This document shows, piece by piece, positions 1 to 10,208 of a stretch of 63,582 nt of DNA. The translations under genes were made by a program, and so were the position numbers. Source of the DNA: Puniceicoccales bacterium (GTDB lineage: Bacteria; Verrucomicrobiota; Verrucomicrobiia; Opitutales; JAIRKQ01); contig JAIRON010000015.1 of assembly GCA_031257495.1 (NCBI GenBank), positions 1 through 63,582 of the forward strand. Reading direction: 5' to 3'. Below the pieces are notes generated by a model that was not told where the DNA came from, did not search any database, and saw nothing but the letters and a program-made list of their open reading frames with translations. The stretch's first letter is position 1. Each line of letters begins with the position of its first letter.

Positions 1-174
1 CAACCCGCAAAGCCTGCTAATGTTAAGCCATGACTAAAATTTAAACTTGGATGCGTTTAAGAAACCGAAAATGGTTAGGAAAATAACCAATCACAATAGG
101 TGGAAAATTTTCCGCCATATATCTCCTTGTTTCTCACTTTTTAGCCACATAAAATTACAATCAGGGAGTTATAT

Positions 175-441
175 CTATGAACTCAATTTGCGGATTATGA
201 TAATAAATTTGATAATCTCCTCACTTGTTACTAACACAGGCCTGCCACACTCCTTTGTCATGTACAAAGTATCACCACTGTCCATCATACTCTCGTTGGC
301 ATACTTGGCGGCAATAGCGCGTAATTCGTCGACAGCACGACATAACCTTCCGATAGTATTTTCAGAAAATTCTACTCCTTTTCTTAGCTCACTGATCTGT
401 GTGTAACATAAAAATTTTAATTTTGGCTCTGTTTGACACAA
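175..441 (-). CDS. hypothetical protein, no family recognised; the frame stays open upstream to about 585 without a canonical start
   Basis: The track gives an 88-aa ORF from a TTG. Hand translation of the same frame upstream reads LQPKEIQKKILEIVSKELEERREALRGLFTNIGGRIENDKTVTFSETS before that TTG, bounded by TAA at 586-588. The sequence is charged and heptad-like, with no motif. Confidence 0.3.
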   Translation of the reverse strand: MCQTEPKLKFLCYTQISELRKGVEFSENTIGRLCRAVDELRAIAAKYANESMMDSGDTLYMTKECGRPVLVTSEEIIKFIIIIRKLSS

Positions 442-1008
442 ACTGGTTTCGCTAAAAGTTACCGTTTTATCGTTCTCGATGCGGCCTCCGATGTTTGTAA
501 ATAGACCTCTCAGGGCCTCTCTTCGCTCTTCGAGCTCTTTACTAACAATCTCTAAAATCTTTTTTTGTATCTCCTTAGGCTGCAGTTATACCATCACGCG
601 CTATTATTCTTTAGGCGATTTAAATAGATTATAATGTTTCCCTTTCTTTTGCCACTACGTCGATGGATCTGATTTTTTTCGTCCAAGGTTTTTCTGCTTG
701 TGGTAATACGGAGTATTAGGTCGCACTACCCTAAATATAGATAAATTCATGATATTTCCTTTACTTGCTACGCAAATGAGAAATATAAAATTAATATGTA
801 ATTGCAATATTAAAATTGCCAAAAACAGATTTTGTGTCCGAAAATATACAGTATACTGCATAGCCTTAGCTAAAGACCGGAAAAGTTTAGCGAACATGAG
901 CTTATAATTCATCGATTTTAGTCTTTTTTTGTGAATTAGCGTGAAACTCAGAAATGGTATAGCTTAGATTCTAACTAATGTCGCCCATCGAAAAGTTTAA
1001 GTTTTGGT

Positions 1009-1053
1009 AAAATCAATTTGGATTAATTCAAATTGATTTTCATTGTTTTTTTT
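1009..1053. terminator. perfect 12-bp AT-rich inverted repeat with flanking A/T runs; possible bidirectional terminator just downstream of tRNA-Lys
   Basis: aaaatcaatttg (1009-1020), an 8-nt loop, then caaattgatttt (1029-1040), followed by cattgtttttttt on the + strand. An A-run precedes the hairpin on the - strand. The stem has no G:C-rich core. Confidence 0.3.
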
Positions 1054-1080
1054 AACTTAGGATTTGAGCGGCCTAAAAAC

Positions 1081-1156
<76 letters not shown>

Positions 1157-1526
1157 GCTTGACCCGCTCAGTAAAAGCTCAAACAAGGGAAAATCAAGAA
1201 CATATTTAGTAAAATCATTTGCTGGCAACAGAGTTAAAGCTTGGCATTGCGAATTAGGAAGAATGAAATCGGCTTCTTTTTGAAGCACAGAAATGGTTTA
1301 ATAGGAACGTGTTTAAAAAGGGTATCTCCAGTGCCGAATTAGAGATTTTTGGTAAGGTGAACGAGATAAAGCCCATTATTTTTACGCTTTGAATTGGTTT
1401 ATCGTGAGTTTACGTGTGTGCACGCTCACCAATTGCTTAAGGTTGCTTATTAGCAATTATGGAAAATGTATTGAAAAATCTTTACTTGACAGTAAATTTG
1501 GTTTCTGAAAGTTTGCGCAAATTGTG

Positions 1527-2408
1527 ATGGAACGTAACAAAGCAAACTATTTTGCTGGTATAGCCTGGTTTATTGCAAGTTTGTTCGTGTGCATATTTAA
1601 TGACTCTGTCACAAAGCTACTCGTTGGCAATTACGGGGTGGCACAAATTGTGTTCCTTCGCTATTTGTTCGCGACCATTTCCCTCATACCTTGCATGGTG
1701 ATCCGAGGCTCCCATACATTCAAGACGAGGCACGGTGTAATTCATTCAATTCGGGCAATCATGCTGGCTTTGGCCATTGCTATGTACTGTTTTTCTCTGG
1801 ATAAATTGCCACTTTCCACAGTGATAACCATTAATTTTACAATTCCCATATTTACGCTTTTGCTGGCATACGTTTTTTTGAAGGAAAAAATAGGCAGGGT
1901 GAAATTAGTGGCAACGCTTGCCTCTTTCATCGGAATATGGATTACTTCCGAACCGGCAAACGCCAATTTCGCATCCCACGCCATCGTAATATTGGTGCTC
2001 TCCTCCATAATGTTCGCCGCGCTGGATGTGATAAACAAAAAATTTGCCACGAAGGAGGATACTTTGACAATGCTCTTTTATACAGCCATTGTAACGCTGA
2101 TCGTGGTCGCGATGCCGACGTGGGTATCCTGGGGTAACGTGCAAGCCGCCGATTGGATTTTTTTCATTTTGCTAGGTTGTGGAGCAAATTTGCTGCTATA
2201 TTGCATATTAAAAGCCTTTAAGCAGGTTACTGTGTCTGCCGTGGCACCGTTCAGGTACATCGAATTCATTCTATCCGCAGTGGTGGGATTTTTCTGCTTT
2301 GGCGAAATTCCAACGCGGGGAACGGTATTGGGGGCTTGCATAATAATCCCTAGTACACTGTACATAATATTGGCCGAGTCTAGGAGTCTAGATAGGAACT
2401 CTCACTGA
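1527..2408 (+). CDS. EamA/DMT-family (drug/metabolite) transporter
   Basis: About 293 aa with roughly 10 hydrophobic helices in two similar halves, typical of the EamA duplication. ATG at 1527 lies directly after GTG 1524. The 3' end overlaps lolD convergently by 29 nt. Confidence 0.8.
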   Translation: MERNKANYFAGIAWFIASLFVCIFNDSVTKLLVGNYGVAQIVFLRYLFATISLIPCMVIRGSHTFKTRHGVIHSIRAIMLALAIAMYCFSLDKLPLSTVITINFTIPIFTLLLAYVFLKEKIGRVKLVATLASFIGIWITSEPANANFASHAIVILVLSSIMFAALDVINKKFATKEDTLTMLFYTAIVTLIVVAMPTWVSWGNVQAADWIFFILLGCGANLLLYCILKAFKQVTVSAVAPFRYIEFILSAVVGFFCFGEIPTRGTVLGACIIIPSTLYIILAESRSLDRNSH

Positions 2409-3072
2409 GGGACAAACCGCCATTTGATAGAAAAAACGTTTTATCGGTCAGTTTAGCAAGTTGCTGATTGTGAGTAATGAGCAGCAAGGAACTATTGTTT
2501 AATTCACAAATATCCATCATCAAACAAAGAGCTCTGTTTGCATTATCTTCATCGAGATTGCCCGTTGGTTCGTCGGCTAAAATCACACTTGGCTTATTTA
2601 CCAATGACCTAGCCAAGGCAATCCTTTGCTTTTCTCCACCGGAGAGAACATCGATAGTTTCATATTTTTTTCCTTCAATGCCCACTGCTTTCAATAGGGA
2701 ATTGGCAAAATTTATATCATTTTTTGAGATTCTTCCACGCACCTTTAGAGGAAGTAGAACATTTTCAATGACATTGAGTTCGTGTATTAAATTATGGTTC
2801 TGGAAAACAAACCCAAACATGGAACTGCGAAGCGAACGAATATCCTTCGCGCACCTATTCAACACCATTTCACCATTCCAAAAAATGTTGCCCAAGTCCG
2901 GTTGTTCTAGCAAACTGATGATGTTTAGCAAAGTGGTTTTTCCCACGCCTGAGGCTCCGCATACGCTTATCGATTCACCACGAAAAAGGGAAAGTTCGAC
3001 ATCCTTCAACACCGAACAGCCTTTGAAAGATTTTCCTATGCCGCGTAGCTCTACAATCGGGTTTTCACTCAT
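2380..3072 (-). CDS. lolD: lipoprotein-releasing ABC transporter ATP-binding protein LolD-like
   Basis: Walker A GASGVGKTT, signature LSGGEKQRIALARSL and Walker B ILADEPTGNLD. It sits directly downstream of, and overlaps, a LolC/E-type permease gene. Confidence 0.85.
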   Translation of the reverse strand: MSENPIVELRGIGKSFKGCSVLKDVELSLFRGESISVCGASGVGKTTLLNIISLLEQPDLGNIFWNGEMVLNRCAKDIRSLRSSMFGFVFQNHNLIHELNVIENVLLPLKVRGRISKNDINFANSLLKAVGIEGKKYETIDVLSGGEKQRIALARSLVNKPSVILADEPTGNLDEDNANRALCLMMDICELNNSSLLLITHNQQLAKLTDKTFFLSNGGLSLSESSYLDS

Positions 3073-4306
3073 TTCTCAAGGCATAGGATGGGTTAATTTT
3101 CGCTACGGCCAGAGCGGGTATTAGGCCAGCCAAACAGCAAACAAATATCGTAAAAGCGACAATTGTAGCTATCCCGTCTACTGAATACTTCACCGGTAAC
3201 TGTGCGAAATCGTAGAACTTAAGCAAAAAATCATTGATTCCGACTAACTTTGTCAAAATAGCCAAAATGTTGTTTCGAAAAGCCAAAGCAGTGTATCCAA
3301 AAATTAATCCTAGGGCGGTGCCGAAAACGCCGATAACGAAGCCTTCGAGCAAAAATATCAAGGAAACATCTCTTTTGCTAGCTCCAAACGAGCATAATAG
3401 GCCAATTTCACGGCGCTTTTTTACAACGGCAATCATCAGCGAACTAGCTATGGAGAAGGATGCAACGAGTAAAATGAACAGTAGCACAAACATCATCATC
3501 GTTTTTTCCAATTTCAAAACAAATAGAAAATCTTCGTTCATTTCCTGCCATCCCAAAATGCGCAACCCGGGAAAGCTTTCCCGCAACTTTGTCACGGATT
3601 TTTCCAAATTTTCCCCATTGCGTAATTTTAGTGTTAGACCGTGTGAATCGCCATCCTCCATGCCAAATAATTCCTGCATAGCCCTCAAATTAAGCAGAAC
3701 AGAGTTTGCGTCCACCTGATTCCAACCGGTGTTATAGATCGCGATAACGTCGAAGGAACGGGGCAGCAGCAATTCGTCGCTTTGCAAATCTTGTAGCATC
3801 AGTGGAGAGTATACCTCCACGCTATCTCCAACCCTAATTTCTAAGGCGTTTGCCAAGCCGGAACTGACGATAATTGCGGAATCGTCCAATGCATCCACGT
3901 CACCCGCGCTTATGAAATTTTTCAATGGCAGGACTTTGGCCTCCGATTCGATATCTATCCCCTTTGCGAATGGGAAAGCTGGTTTATTGCCAAATTGTAC
4001 CATAAGCACGCCCATGGCGTATGGAGCTGCATGTTCAACGAAAGGATAGTTCAATAAGCGGCGGCGAATGACCTCAAAATTGTGAATTATATTGTTTGAA
4101 TCTACCCTCACCTGTCCCTGAGTGGCAACGATTTTTGAGCGTATCTCCCATTGAAAGCCATCCATAACGCTGTTCACAACAAATAAAACAACCACCCCCA
4201 GTGCTACGCCGAAAATGGAAACCACCGATAAAAATGAAAAATTTTTACCGGTTGGGAATAGGTACTTCATTGCCAAATACCAACTCAACTTTACGTTAGC
4301 AAACAC
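3065..4306 (-). CDS. lolC: LolC/LolE-family (FtsX/MacB-type) lipoprotein-releasing permease
   Basis: 413 aa. An N-terminal TM is followed by a large periplasmic domain, then three C-terminal TMs with an FtsX-like motif (KRREIGLLCSFGASKRDV). It overlaps lolD by 8 nt. Confidence 0.85.
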   Translation of the reverse strand: MFANVKLSWYLAMKYLFPTGKNFSFLSVVSIFGVALGVVVLFVVNSVMDGFQWEIRSKIVATQGQVRVDSNNIIHNFEVIRRRLLNYPFVEHAAPYAMGVLMVQFGNKPAFPFAKGIDIESEAKVLPLKNFISAGDVDALDDSAIIVSSGLANALEIRVGDSVEVYSPLMLQDLQSDELLLPRSFDVIAIYNTGWNQVDANSVLLNLRAMQELFGMEDGDSHGLTLKLRNGENLEKSVTKLRESFPGLRILGWQEMNEDFLFVLKLEKTMMMFVLLFILLVASFSIASSLMIAVVKKRREIGLLCSFGASKRDVSLIFLLEGFVIGVFGTALGLIFGYTALAFRNNILAILTKLVGINDFLLKFYDFAQLPVKYSVDGIATIVAFTIFVCCLAGLIPALAVAKINPSYALRNE

Positions 4307-4418
4307 GCCGTATTTGATGGCATGTTACGGGAAATAATCAACAAAAAGAGTAATTTTAGTAAATTTAACAAATATTTTGCTTGCATTCATTTGGTAAAAA
4401 ATAAACTTGAAAGTCGTT

Positions 4419-5150
4419 ATGTTGTACAATACATCAAATCCAATTTTAAGTGCTAAGAATTTTGAATGTTCCGGTGGTCAAATGGCTACAACGCTCAATG
4501 GTGTGATTAATCGTTGTTTGATTTTGTTTGCCATAGTTATGGCTTCCGCTGCCTTTGCCTGGAAAAGCAAATATATTTCCGTGGAGTCGTTGGGGGCAAA
4601 GCTGACGCTGTTTTCGATTGTTGCTCTCATTGTAGGGATTGTAACAGTAGCCAAAAAGGAATGGGCTGGTTACACTGCCCCTCTGTATGCCATCTTTGAA
4701 GGGCTTGTTCTTGGGAGCATATCTAAAATTTTTGAACTACAGTACCATGGCATTGTTTTTCAAGCCATCGCACTTACCATTGGCACGGCAGTGGGAATGC
4801 TTCTTCTCTATAAGTATAGAGTTATTACCGTTACGGATAGGTTTCGCGCCATAATACTAACGGCTACATTTGGCATAGCAATTGTATACATTATCAACTT
4901 AGTGATGTCGATGTTTGGCGGTGGTATGTCGTTCCTTCATTCCAGTGGTACTTTTGGCTTACTTTTCAGTGCTTTTGTTGTGGTGATTGCAGCTTTAAGT
5001 TTAATCTTGGATTTCGACTTCATCGTAAAGGTTTCGAACCGTGGTTTGCCGAGTTACATGGGGTGGCTTGCAGCATTTGGGCTTACGGTGACGCTCATAT
5101 GGCTCTACGTGGAAATTTTGCAAATGCTAGCCAAATCGAGGGATAGGTAA
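4419..5150 (+). CDS. Bax-inhibitor-1-like (BaxI_1/YccA-type) integral membrane protein
   Basis: The N-terminus MLYNTSNPILS...TLNGVINRCLILF followed by about 6-7 TM helices matches my memory of the Bax inhibitor 1-like family layout. ATG at 4419 is preferred over TTG at 4407. Confidence 0.6.
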   Translation: MLYNTSNPILSAKNFECSGGQMATTLNGVINRCLILFAIVMASAAFAWKSKYISVESLGAKLTLFSIVALIVGIVTVAKKEWAGYTAPLYAIFEGLVLGSISKIFELQYHGIVFQAIALTIGTAVGMLLLYKYRVITVTDRFRAIILTATFGIAIVYIINLVMSMFGGGMSFLHSSGTFGLLFSAFVVVIAALSLILDFDFIVKVSNRGLPSYMGWLAAFGLTVTLIWLYVEILQMLAKSRDR

Positions 5151-5213
5151 GTAAAATTTTACTTGGTTGTTGATGTCTAGCAGGCCGCTTTGTTTTGCGG
5201 CCTGTTTGTTTTT

Positions 5214-5711
5214 TCATTGGGAAGTAAACGTCCAAGCATGGCAGCAAGCAACCGCTATGGCATCTGATTCGTCAGTGGAAATTTCCCGATCAATATTTAG
5301 AAGATTTTTTATGGTTCCCATGACTTGCTCCTTGGACGCACGGCCAATGCCGGTAACTGCCTGCTTGATGCGCAAAGGTGGGTATTCACAAATTTCGATT
5401 CCCCGTCCCATTAATGCAGCAATAATGGTGCCTCTTACCGATCCTAGGGTCTGGGCAATCTTGTAATTTTGAACGAAAATAGTCTCCTCCATTGCCGCAT
5501 AGTCTGGGCAATATTTTGCTATTATTTCATCTACTTCTTTAAAAATTTTCCCCAGACACCCATAGAACGAAAACCGCGGGGCAAGGGACAGCCTTTTGGA
5601 AAAAATAAAATTGATCCGATTTCCACGTGATTCTAAAATGGCAATTCCCGTTCCACGCAAACTTGGATCGATGCCGATTATGATCCCTTCGCACCCACGC
5701 AAGTGGGCCAT
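5214..5711 (-). CDS. ruvC: crossover junction endodeoxyribonuclease RuvC
   Basis: IIIGIDPSLRGTGIAILE at the N-terminus, the EETIFVQN acidic motif and a C-terminal DESDAIAVACCH. The internal ATG at 5711 gives a typical 166-aa size; the track ORF extends to 5795. Confidence 0.9.
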   Translation of the reverse strand: MAHLRGCEGIIIGIDPSLRGTGIAILESRGNRINFIFSKRLSLAPRFSFYGCLGKIFKEVDEIIAKYCPDYAAMEETIFVQNYKIAQTLGSVRGTIIAALMGRGIEICEYPPLRIKQAVTGIGRASKEQVMGTIKNLLNIDREISTDESDAIAVACCHAWTFTSQ

Positions 5712-5884
5712 GGGAGTGTTTTTTGCTTTGTACAAAGCTAAAGATCCGCTTGCCAAAGCGTCAGTCCATAGCCGTCTTGCTGATTTCCTTGCCACGGCTA
5801 ACTATAGTTGCGATATAGCAATAAAGGCAAGAAAAAAGCCAGCCAATACCAGCCAGCTTTTCCCCCAAACAAAAATAAAGTTTC

Positions 5885-6169
5885 CTAATTTATCTGCCAA
5901 TTGTCGCCAACCAAGACACTCGCAATGCCGGACTTTATTTCCAATTTTTCCCAAATATTGTGCATGATATCCATATAGTGATCCCGCAAAGCCACCGCAT
6001 CCCCCTCGGCTTCTGTAAAGTATAGCCTAATCGGCGAAGTTGGAAAGGTCACTTTTTTCCCATCCCGGATAAATGAATCATCAAATTTGAGTTTCCTCAT
6101 TTCAACGTCAATCCTCTCCGCATCACCCAGAGCATTGTGTATAATAGTCACGAACTTTTTATTGGCCAT
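5885..6169 (-). CDS. hypothetical small protein (94 aa)
   Basis: The ORF lies between nth and ruvC on the same strand. The ATG at 6169 is preceded by aggaag. No recognisable motif. Confidence 0.5.
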   Translation of the reverse strand: MANKKFVTIIHNALGDAERIDVEMRKLKFDDSFIRDGKKVTFPTSPIRLYFTEAEGDAVALRDHYMDIMHNIWEKLEIKSGIASVLVGDNWQIN

Positions 6170-6218
6170 TTGCTTCCTGTCTCTACTAGTGTGAAATAGG
6201 ATAACCGAAATCATAAAC

Positions 6219-6842
6219 CTAATCAAGCAAAAACTTAAGACATATGGGGCAATTTTTCATAACATGGCGTTTTGCTGGACAATATTTCCTACCGTATTCG
6301 ATCATTTGAATGTGCAGATCATGCCATAATTCAATGGGAAAGAGCTGCTTTAACCTCTCTTCGATTTTGCGCACGTTGGAACTTTTAGCTAAACCCCACC
6401 GCTGTGATAGGCGGGCAATGTGGGTATCGACTGGAAATGCCGCTTTATTAAAAGCCTGTGCCATGACCACCGAGGCTGTTTTGTGCCCCACGCCAGGTAA
6501 AGATTCAAGTTCTTCGAATGTATCGGGTACGCGCCCACGAAACTTTTCCAAAAGCAGCCTAGATGTGGCCAGGATTGCTTTGGATTTATGATTCACAAGT
6601 CCGCATGGTCGAATAATTTCAGCGATCTGATTTTCCCCTAATAGGACCATGGTTTGTGGATCATTGGCTAAATTGAATAGCATCTTCGTAACTCTGTTTA
6701 CGACCAAATCCGTACATTGCGCTGACAGCATAACGGCGACCAGCAGAGTATAGGGATCGCCATGAAATAGGGGAATTTGTGGATTTGGAAATAACAGATT
6801 CAGTGTCGTTGAAATAAAAATTGCCTTTTCATGCACATTCAT
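6219..6842 (-). CDS. nth: endonuclease III (DNA glycosylase/AP lyase)
   Basis: HhH-GPD motif LESLPGVGHKTASVV, catalytic-region VDTH, and a C-terminal 4Fe-4S cluster loop C-x6-C-x2-C (CPAKRHVMKNCPIC). The ATG at 6842 gives a typical 207 aa. Confidence 0.9.
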   Translation of the reverse strand: MNVHEKAIFISTTLNLLFPNPQIPLFHGDPYTLLVAVMLSAQCTDLVVNRVTKMLFNLANDPQTMVLLGENQIAEIIRPCGLVNHKSKAILATSRLLLEKFRGRVPDTFEELESLPGVGHKTASVVMAQAFNKAAFPVDTHIARLSQRWGLAKSSNVRKIEERLKQLFPIELWHDLHIQMIEYGRKYCPAKRHVMKNCPICLKFLLD

Positions 6843-6859
6843 GGAAATATGCTCCCAAC

Positions 6860-8137
6860 ATGGGAACAATAGAAAATTTTGCAAAAAACTTCTTTGCCAA
6901 TCGCATTGGAGGTAAAAATTTTGGTAAAGATACCAAAATTTATAAATTTGAAAAGATCAAGCGGGCCAAACGGGAAGCTCAGTCCAAATATCCCAATAGA
7001 ATTTTGCTAGACATGGGTGTTGGAGAGCCCGATGAAATGGCCGATCCTGAAACGATAAATGCCCTTTTCCAGGAAGCGAAGCAATTCAAAAATCGCGGTT
7101 ACGCCGACAATGGTTGTTCCGAATTCAAGGAAGCGGTGGCGAAATACATGGCTTCGGCGTTCAACGTTGCCCTAGATTCCGACGGTGAAATACTACACTC
7201 CATCGGGTCAAAAGCGGCACTATCTATCCTGCCTCTCTGCTTTGTCAACGATTCCGATACGGTTATTACAACGACGCCTGGGTATCCGATATTTGGAACG
7301 CATTCCCATTACCTTGGCGCAAATGTGATAAGCTTGCCTCTGTCGAAGGCAAACAACTATTTGCCGGAGTTAGAAAAGCTTAGCGAAGAAACACTGCGCA
7401 AAACAAAGGTAGTTTCCATAAACTATCCCAATAACCCCACCGGGGTGACATGTACGCGCGAATTTTTCAAAAAGGTAATTGAGTTAGCTCACAGATATGG
7501 GTTTTTGATTATAAATGACGCGGCTTATGCCGATCTAGCTTTTGATGAAACGGATCGCCTGTCAATTTTGGAAATAGACGGTGCAAAAGAAGTTGCCCTT
7601 GAACTGCACTCCATGTCCAAAGGATTTAACATGACGGGTTGGCGCATCGGCTGGGTTTGTGGAAATAGATACCTGATTGGCGCCTATGGAAATGTCAAAG
7701 ACAATAGTGATTCTGGGCAATTTTTACCAATACAAAAGGCAGCGGCTAAGGCCTTGACTAACAACTCCATAGCAGAAGCAAACGGGGCGCGATATTCACG
7801 GCGAATGGATGCTGTCATAGCGCTCATGGGGGAGTGTGACTTCAAATTGAAAAAGCCCAGAGCTGGTTTTTTTTTGTATGGTTTGATACCTGCTGGGGCT
7901 AAGTTTAGCGGAACAATAATTTATTTTGGCTCGGCGGAACAATTTGCCCAATGGATGATCGCGGAACTCGGCATTGTCTGTGTCCCTTGGGATGACGTTG
8001 AGCCGGCAATAAGGTTGTCTATGGCGTTTACTTCGGACACGTTGAGCGAACAACAAGCCCTGGAACTTTTAAAGAAACGCCTTGAAACTGTTAGGTTTTT
8101 TGATACAAAGATTTCGGAGAAAATTACATCTTTTTAA
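6860..8137 (+). CDS. dapL: LL-diaminopimelate aminotransferase (DapL type, class I/II aminotransferase)
   Basis: The N-terminus NRIGGKNFGKDTKIYKFEKIKRAKREA...LDMGVGEPD is the hallmark I recall for direct-pathway DapL. The PLP lysine motif SMSKGFNMTGWRIGW and NYPNNPTG are present. Confidence 0.8.
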   Translation: MGTIENFAKNFFANRIGGKNFGKDTKIYKFEKIKRAKREAQSKYPNRILLDMGVGEPDEMADPETINALFQEAKQFKNRGYADNGCSEFKEAVAKYMASAFNVALDSDGEILHSIGSKAALSILPLCFVNDSDTVITTTPGYPIFGTHSHYLGANVISLPLSKANNYLPELEKLSEETLRKTKVVSINYPNNPTGVTCTREFFKKVIELAHRYGFLIINDAAYADLAFDETDRLSILEIDGAKEVALELHSMSKGFNMTGWRIGWVCGNRYLIGAYGNVKDNSDSGQFLPIQKAAAKALTNNSIAEANGARYSRRMDAVIALMGECDFKLKKPRAGFFLYGLIPAGAKFSGTIIYFGSAEQFAQWMIAELGIVCVPWDDVEPAIRLSMAFTSDTLSEQQALELLKKRLETVRFFDTKISEKITSF

Positions 8138-9977
8138 GGGTCGTCATGCCGAGCAAGTTTAGGCCTAGTTCAAGCACAAGCAGGGTGCGCTTGCATAGTA
8201 TGAGTCGGCGATTCCTCACCGTGACGTCATTAACTAGGACACGGTTTGCATTGTAAAAACTGGAATATTCTCCCGCCAATTCGTATAGATAGGTGCACAA
8301 ATAGTGCGGTCGTAGATCCGAAATTGCCTGCTTAATCACCAAAGGAAAATACATCAATTTACGCACCAGCACCCGTTCCTCCTTGGTTTCAAGATTATTT
8401 ACCGGAGCATCCGTCTCTTCAATCTTTCCCAAAATGGAATGCATACGAGCAATGGCATATAACAAATATACGGCAGTATTGCCATCAAAGGATAGCATGT
8501 TTTCCCAGGAAAACATGTAGTCACTTGTGCGATTTTGCGCCAAATCGAAATAGCGGATGGCATTTATCCCTACCGCCGATGCAATTTCGTTTTTTTCTTC
8601 TACGCCTAAGTCCGGATTTTTTTCAGAAACAATCTGGTAGGCACGCTTCCTTGCTTCGATTATCAAGTTTTGCAGATAAATCGGTGATCCATCGCGGGTT
8701 TTTATAGCTTTGCCATCCTCCCCCAAAATCGTCCCAAACCAAACGTGGTGCAAATTTGGCGAGGCTAGATTTCTTGCCTTAAACCACTTATCAACGGTCA
8801 TGAACAATTGTTGAAAGTGATCTTGCTGGCGACCATCGGTGACGTAAATTATTTCATTGGCGTGAAAATGTTCCTTGCGATACTCCACCGTAGCGAGGTC
8901 CGTTGTTGCGTAATTGGAGGCGCCATCGGACTTTCTTATGAGGAAGGGCTGGTCTTTGAATTTCCCATGTTCATCAAAAAAAACAACCAAAGCTCCGTTG
9001 TCTGAGCGCGCTATTCCGTATTCCTCCAACGACTTGCACACAGCATCCACTCTATCGCGGTAAAAGGACTCGCCCAAGACGTAATCGAATTTCACATTGA
9101 ACTCAGAATATATTTTATCAAAGGCGGCGTAGGATATGGCGTTGATCTTTTCCCAAATTTTTATGTTTTCCAGATCTCCGTTTTGTAACTTAACCAGTTC
9201 ATTTCTAGCGCTGGACAAGCAGGCTTCATTTTTTTTTATTTGGGAATTGCCTAGCTTGTAGAGGCGCTCAATTTCGGCCAAAGCGGCGTCCGTTGGCAGC
9301 TTGTCAAGGTCTATATTTTCTCCCTTTATCATCGCAATCAAGATGCCAAATTGGGTGCCCCAATCTCCAATGTGATTATCTCGGATGACCTTTGTACCAC
9401 AAAATTCCAGCAGCCGACATATGGATTCCCCAATGTTCATCGAACGCAGGTGGCCAACATGCATTTGTTTGGCAGTATTCGGTGAAGAATAATCAACGAC
9501 AACGGTTTTTCCGAGAAAGGAATTTACACTCGGCCGAAAGGAATTGGCGTCGAAATGTTCATTCAGCCATTGGCATAAAAATTCGTCCCTTAATTTAAAA
9601 TTGATAAATCCTGGACCGGCCAATGAAGCTTCGATATTTTGCTTAACTTCTTGCTTGGCAGATAGATGGGAAATAATTTTCTCAGCCAATGTGCGTGGGT
9701 TTTGCCCATATTTTTTTGCATATTGCAAGGCGCCATTGGCTTGAAAGTCGCCAAATTTCGGATCGGATGGTCTGATTTCAGGGGAAAAGTTTTCACACCC
9801 ACTCGACAGTGCCGCTTCAATGACAACCTTTTCCAGCCAAACATCAATTTCCACCCGTGCAAGATGGGGAAAGTTTTTTAAGTTATCAAGATAATAGATA
9901 AATTGCGAAATTAAAATTTTGCAGCTTGTATAAAATTTCCTTGCTTTTAATTTGTTTTTGGCAAAAAGTGTTTCCAC
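8124..9977 (-). CDS. argS: arginine--tRNA ligase
   Basis: PKFGDFQANGAL, the HIGH-type motif SPNTAKQMHVGHLRS, and a class I anticodon-binding C-terminus ending ...TLKKM. The true start is probably internal (in-frame GTG at 9854 before EIDVWLEKVVIEAAL), because the first roughly 40 aa look non-homologous. Confidence 0.93.
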   Translation of the reverse strand: METLFAKNKLKARKFYTSCKILISQFIYYLDNLKNFPHLARVEIDVWLEKVVIEAALSSGCENFSPEIRPSDPKFGDFQANGALQYAKKYGQNPRTLAEKIISHLSAKQEVKQNIEASLAGPGFINFKLRDEFLCQWLNEHFDANSFRPSVNSFLGKTVVVDYSSPNTAKQMHVGHLRSMNIGESICRLLEFCGTKVIRDNHIGDWGTQFGILIAMIKGENIDLDKLPTDAALAEIERLYKLGNSQIKKNEACLSSARNELVKLQNGDLENIKIWEKINAISYAAFDKIYSEFNVKFDYVLGESFYRDRVDAVCKSLEEYGIARSDNGALVVFFDEHGKFKDQPFLIRKSDGASNYATTDLATVEYRKEHFHANEIIYVTDGRQQDHFQQLFMTVDKWFKARNLASPNLHHVWFGTILGEDGKAIKTRDGSPIYLQNLIIEARKRAYQIVSEKNPDLGVEEKNEIASAVGINAIRYFDLAQNRTSDYMFSWENMLSFDGNTAVYLLYAIARMHSILGKIEETDAPVNNLETKEERVLVRKLMYFPLVIKQAISDLRPHYLCTYLYELAGEYSSFYNANRVLVNDVTVRNRRLILCKRTLLVLELGLNLLGMTTLKKM

Positions 9978-10208
9978 CTATGAAATCAACAAATAATATA
10001 AGATTTGTTTCGCCTGTGGTCGCACAGGCGTCAGTTAGTGTAAGTAAAAACGATCTGGTGGAACGACCGGCTCCGTTGAAAAATCGGCCAAGTGGTGAAG
10101 AGATTAGGCCACCTGAAGAAATTGTTCCGCCTGCGCCGTTAGTAAACAGGGAAAGCTGCGTTTGATTCTGGTGAAATATTTACCTCAGAATCGAAAGAAG
10201 CTTCCGAG

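Noticed and set aside
47-406. 119-aa plus-strand ORF at the window start
   Set aside because: It is antisense to the more protein-like minus-strand frame. The sequence is low-complexity Ile/Leu/Ser with no motif and no RBS.
655-912. 85-aa minus-strand ORF
   Set aside because: It is an AT-rich spacer translation (Phe/Ile/Leu/Asn-rich) with no RBS and no motif. I cannot support it as a gene.
9926-10165. 79-aa ORF between argS and the Fe-ADH-like gene as a real protein gene
   Set aside because: It is short and low-complexity (Pro/Glu/Arg). Its first 18 codons overlap the argS N-terminal region, and it has no RBS. Only the hairpin and repeat it contains are reported.
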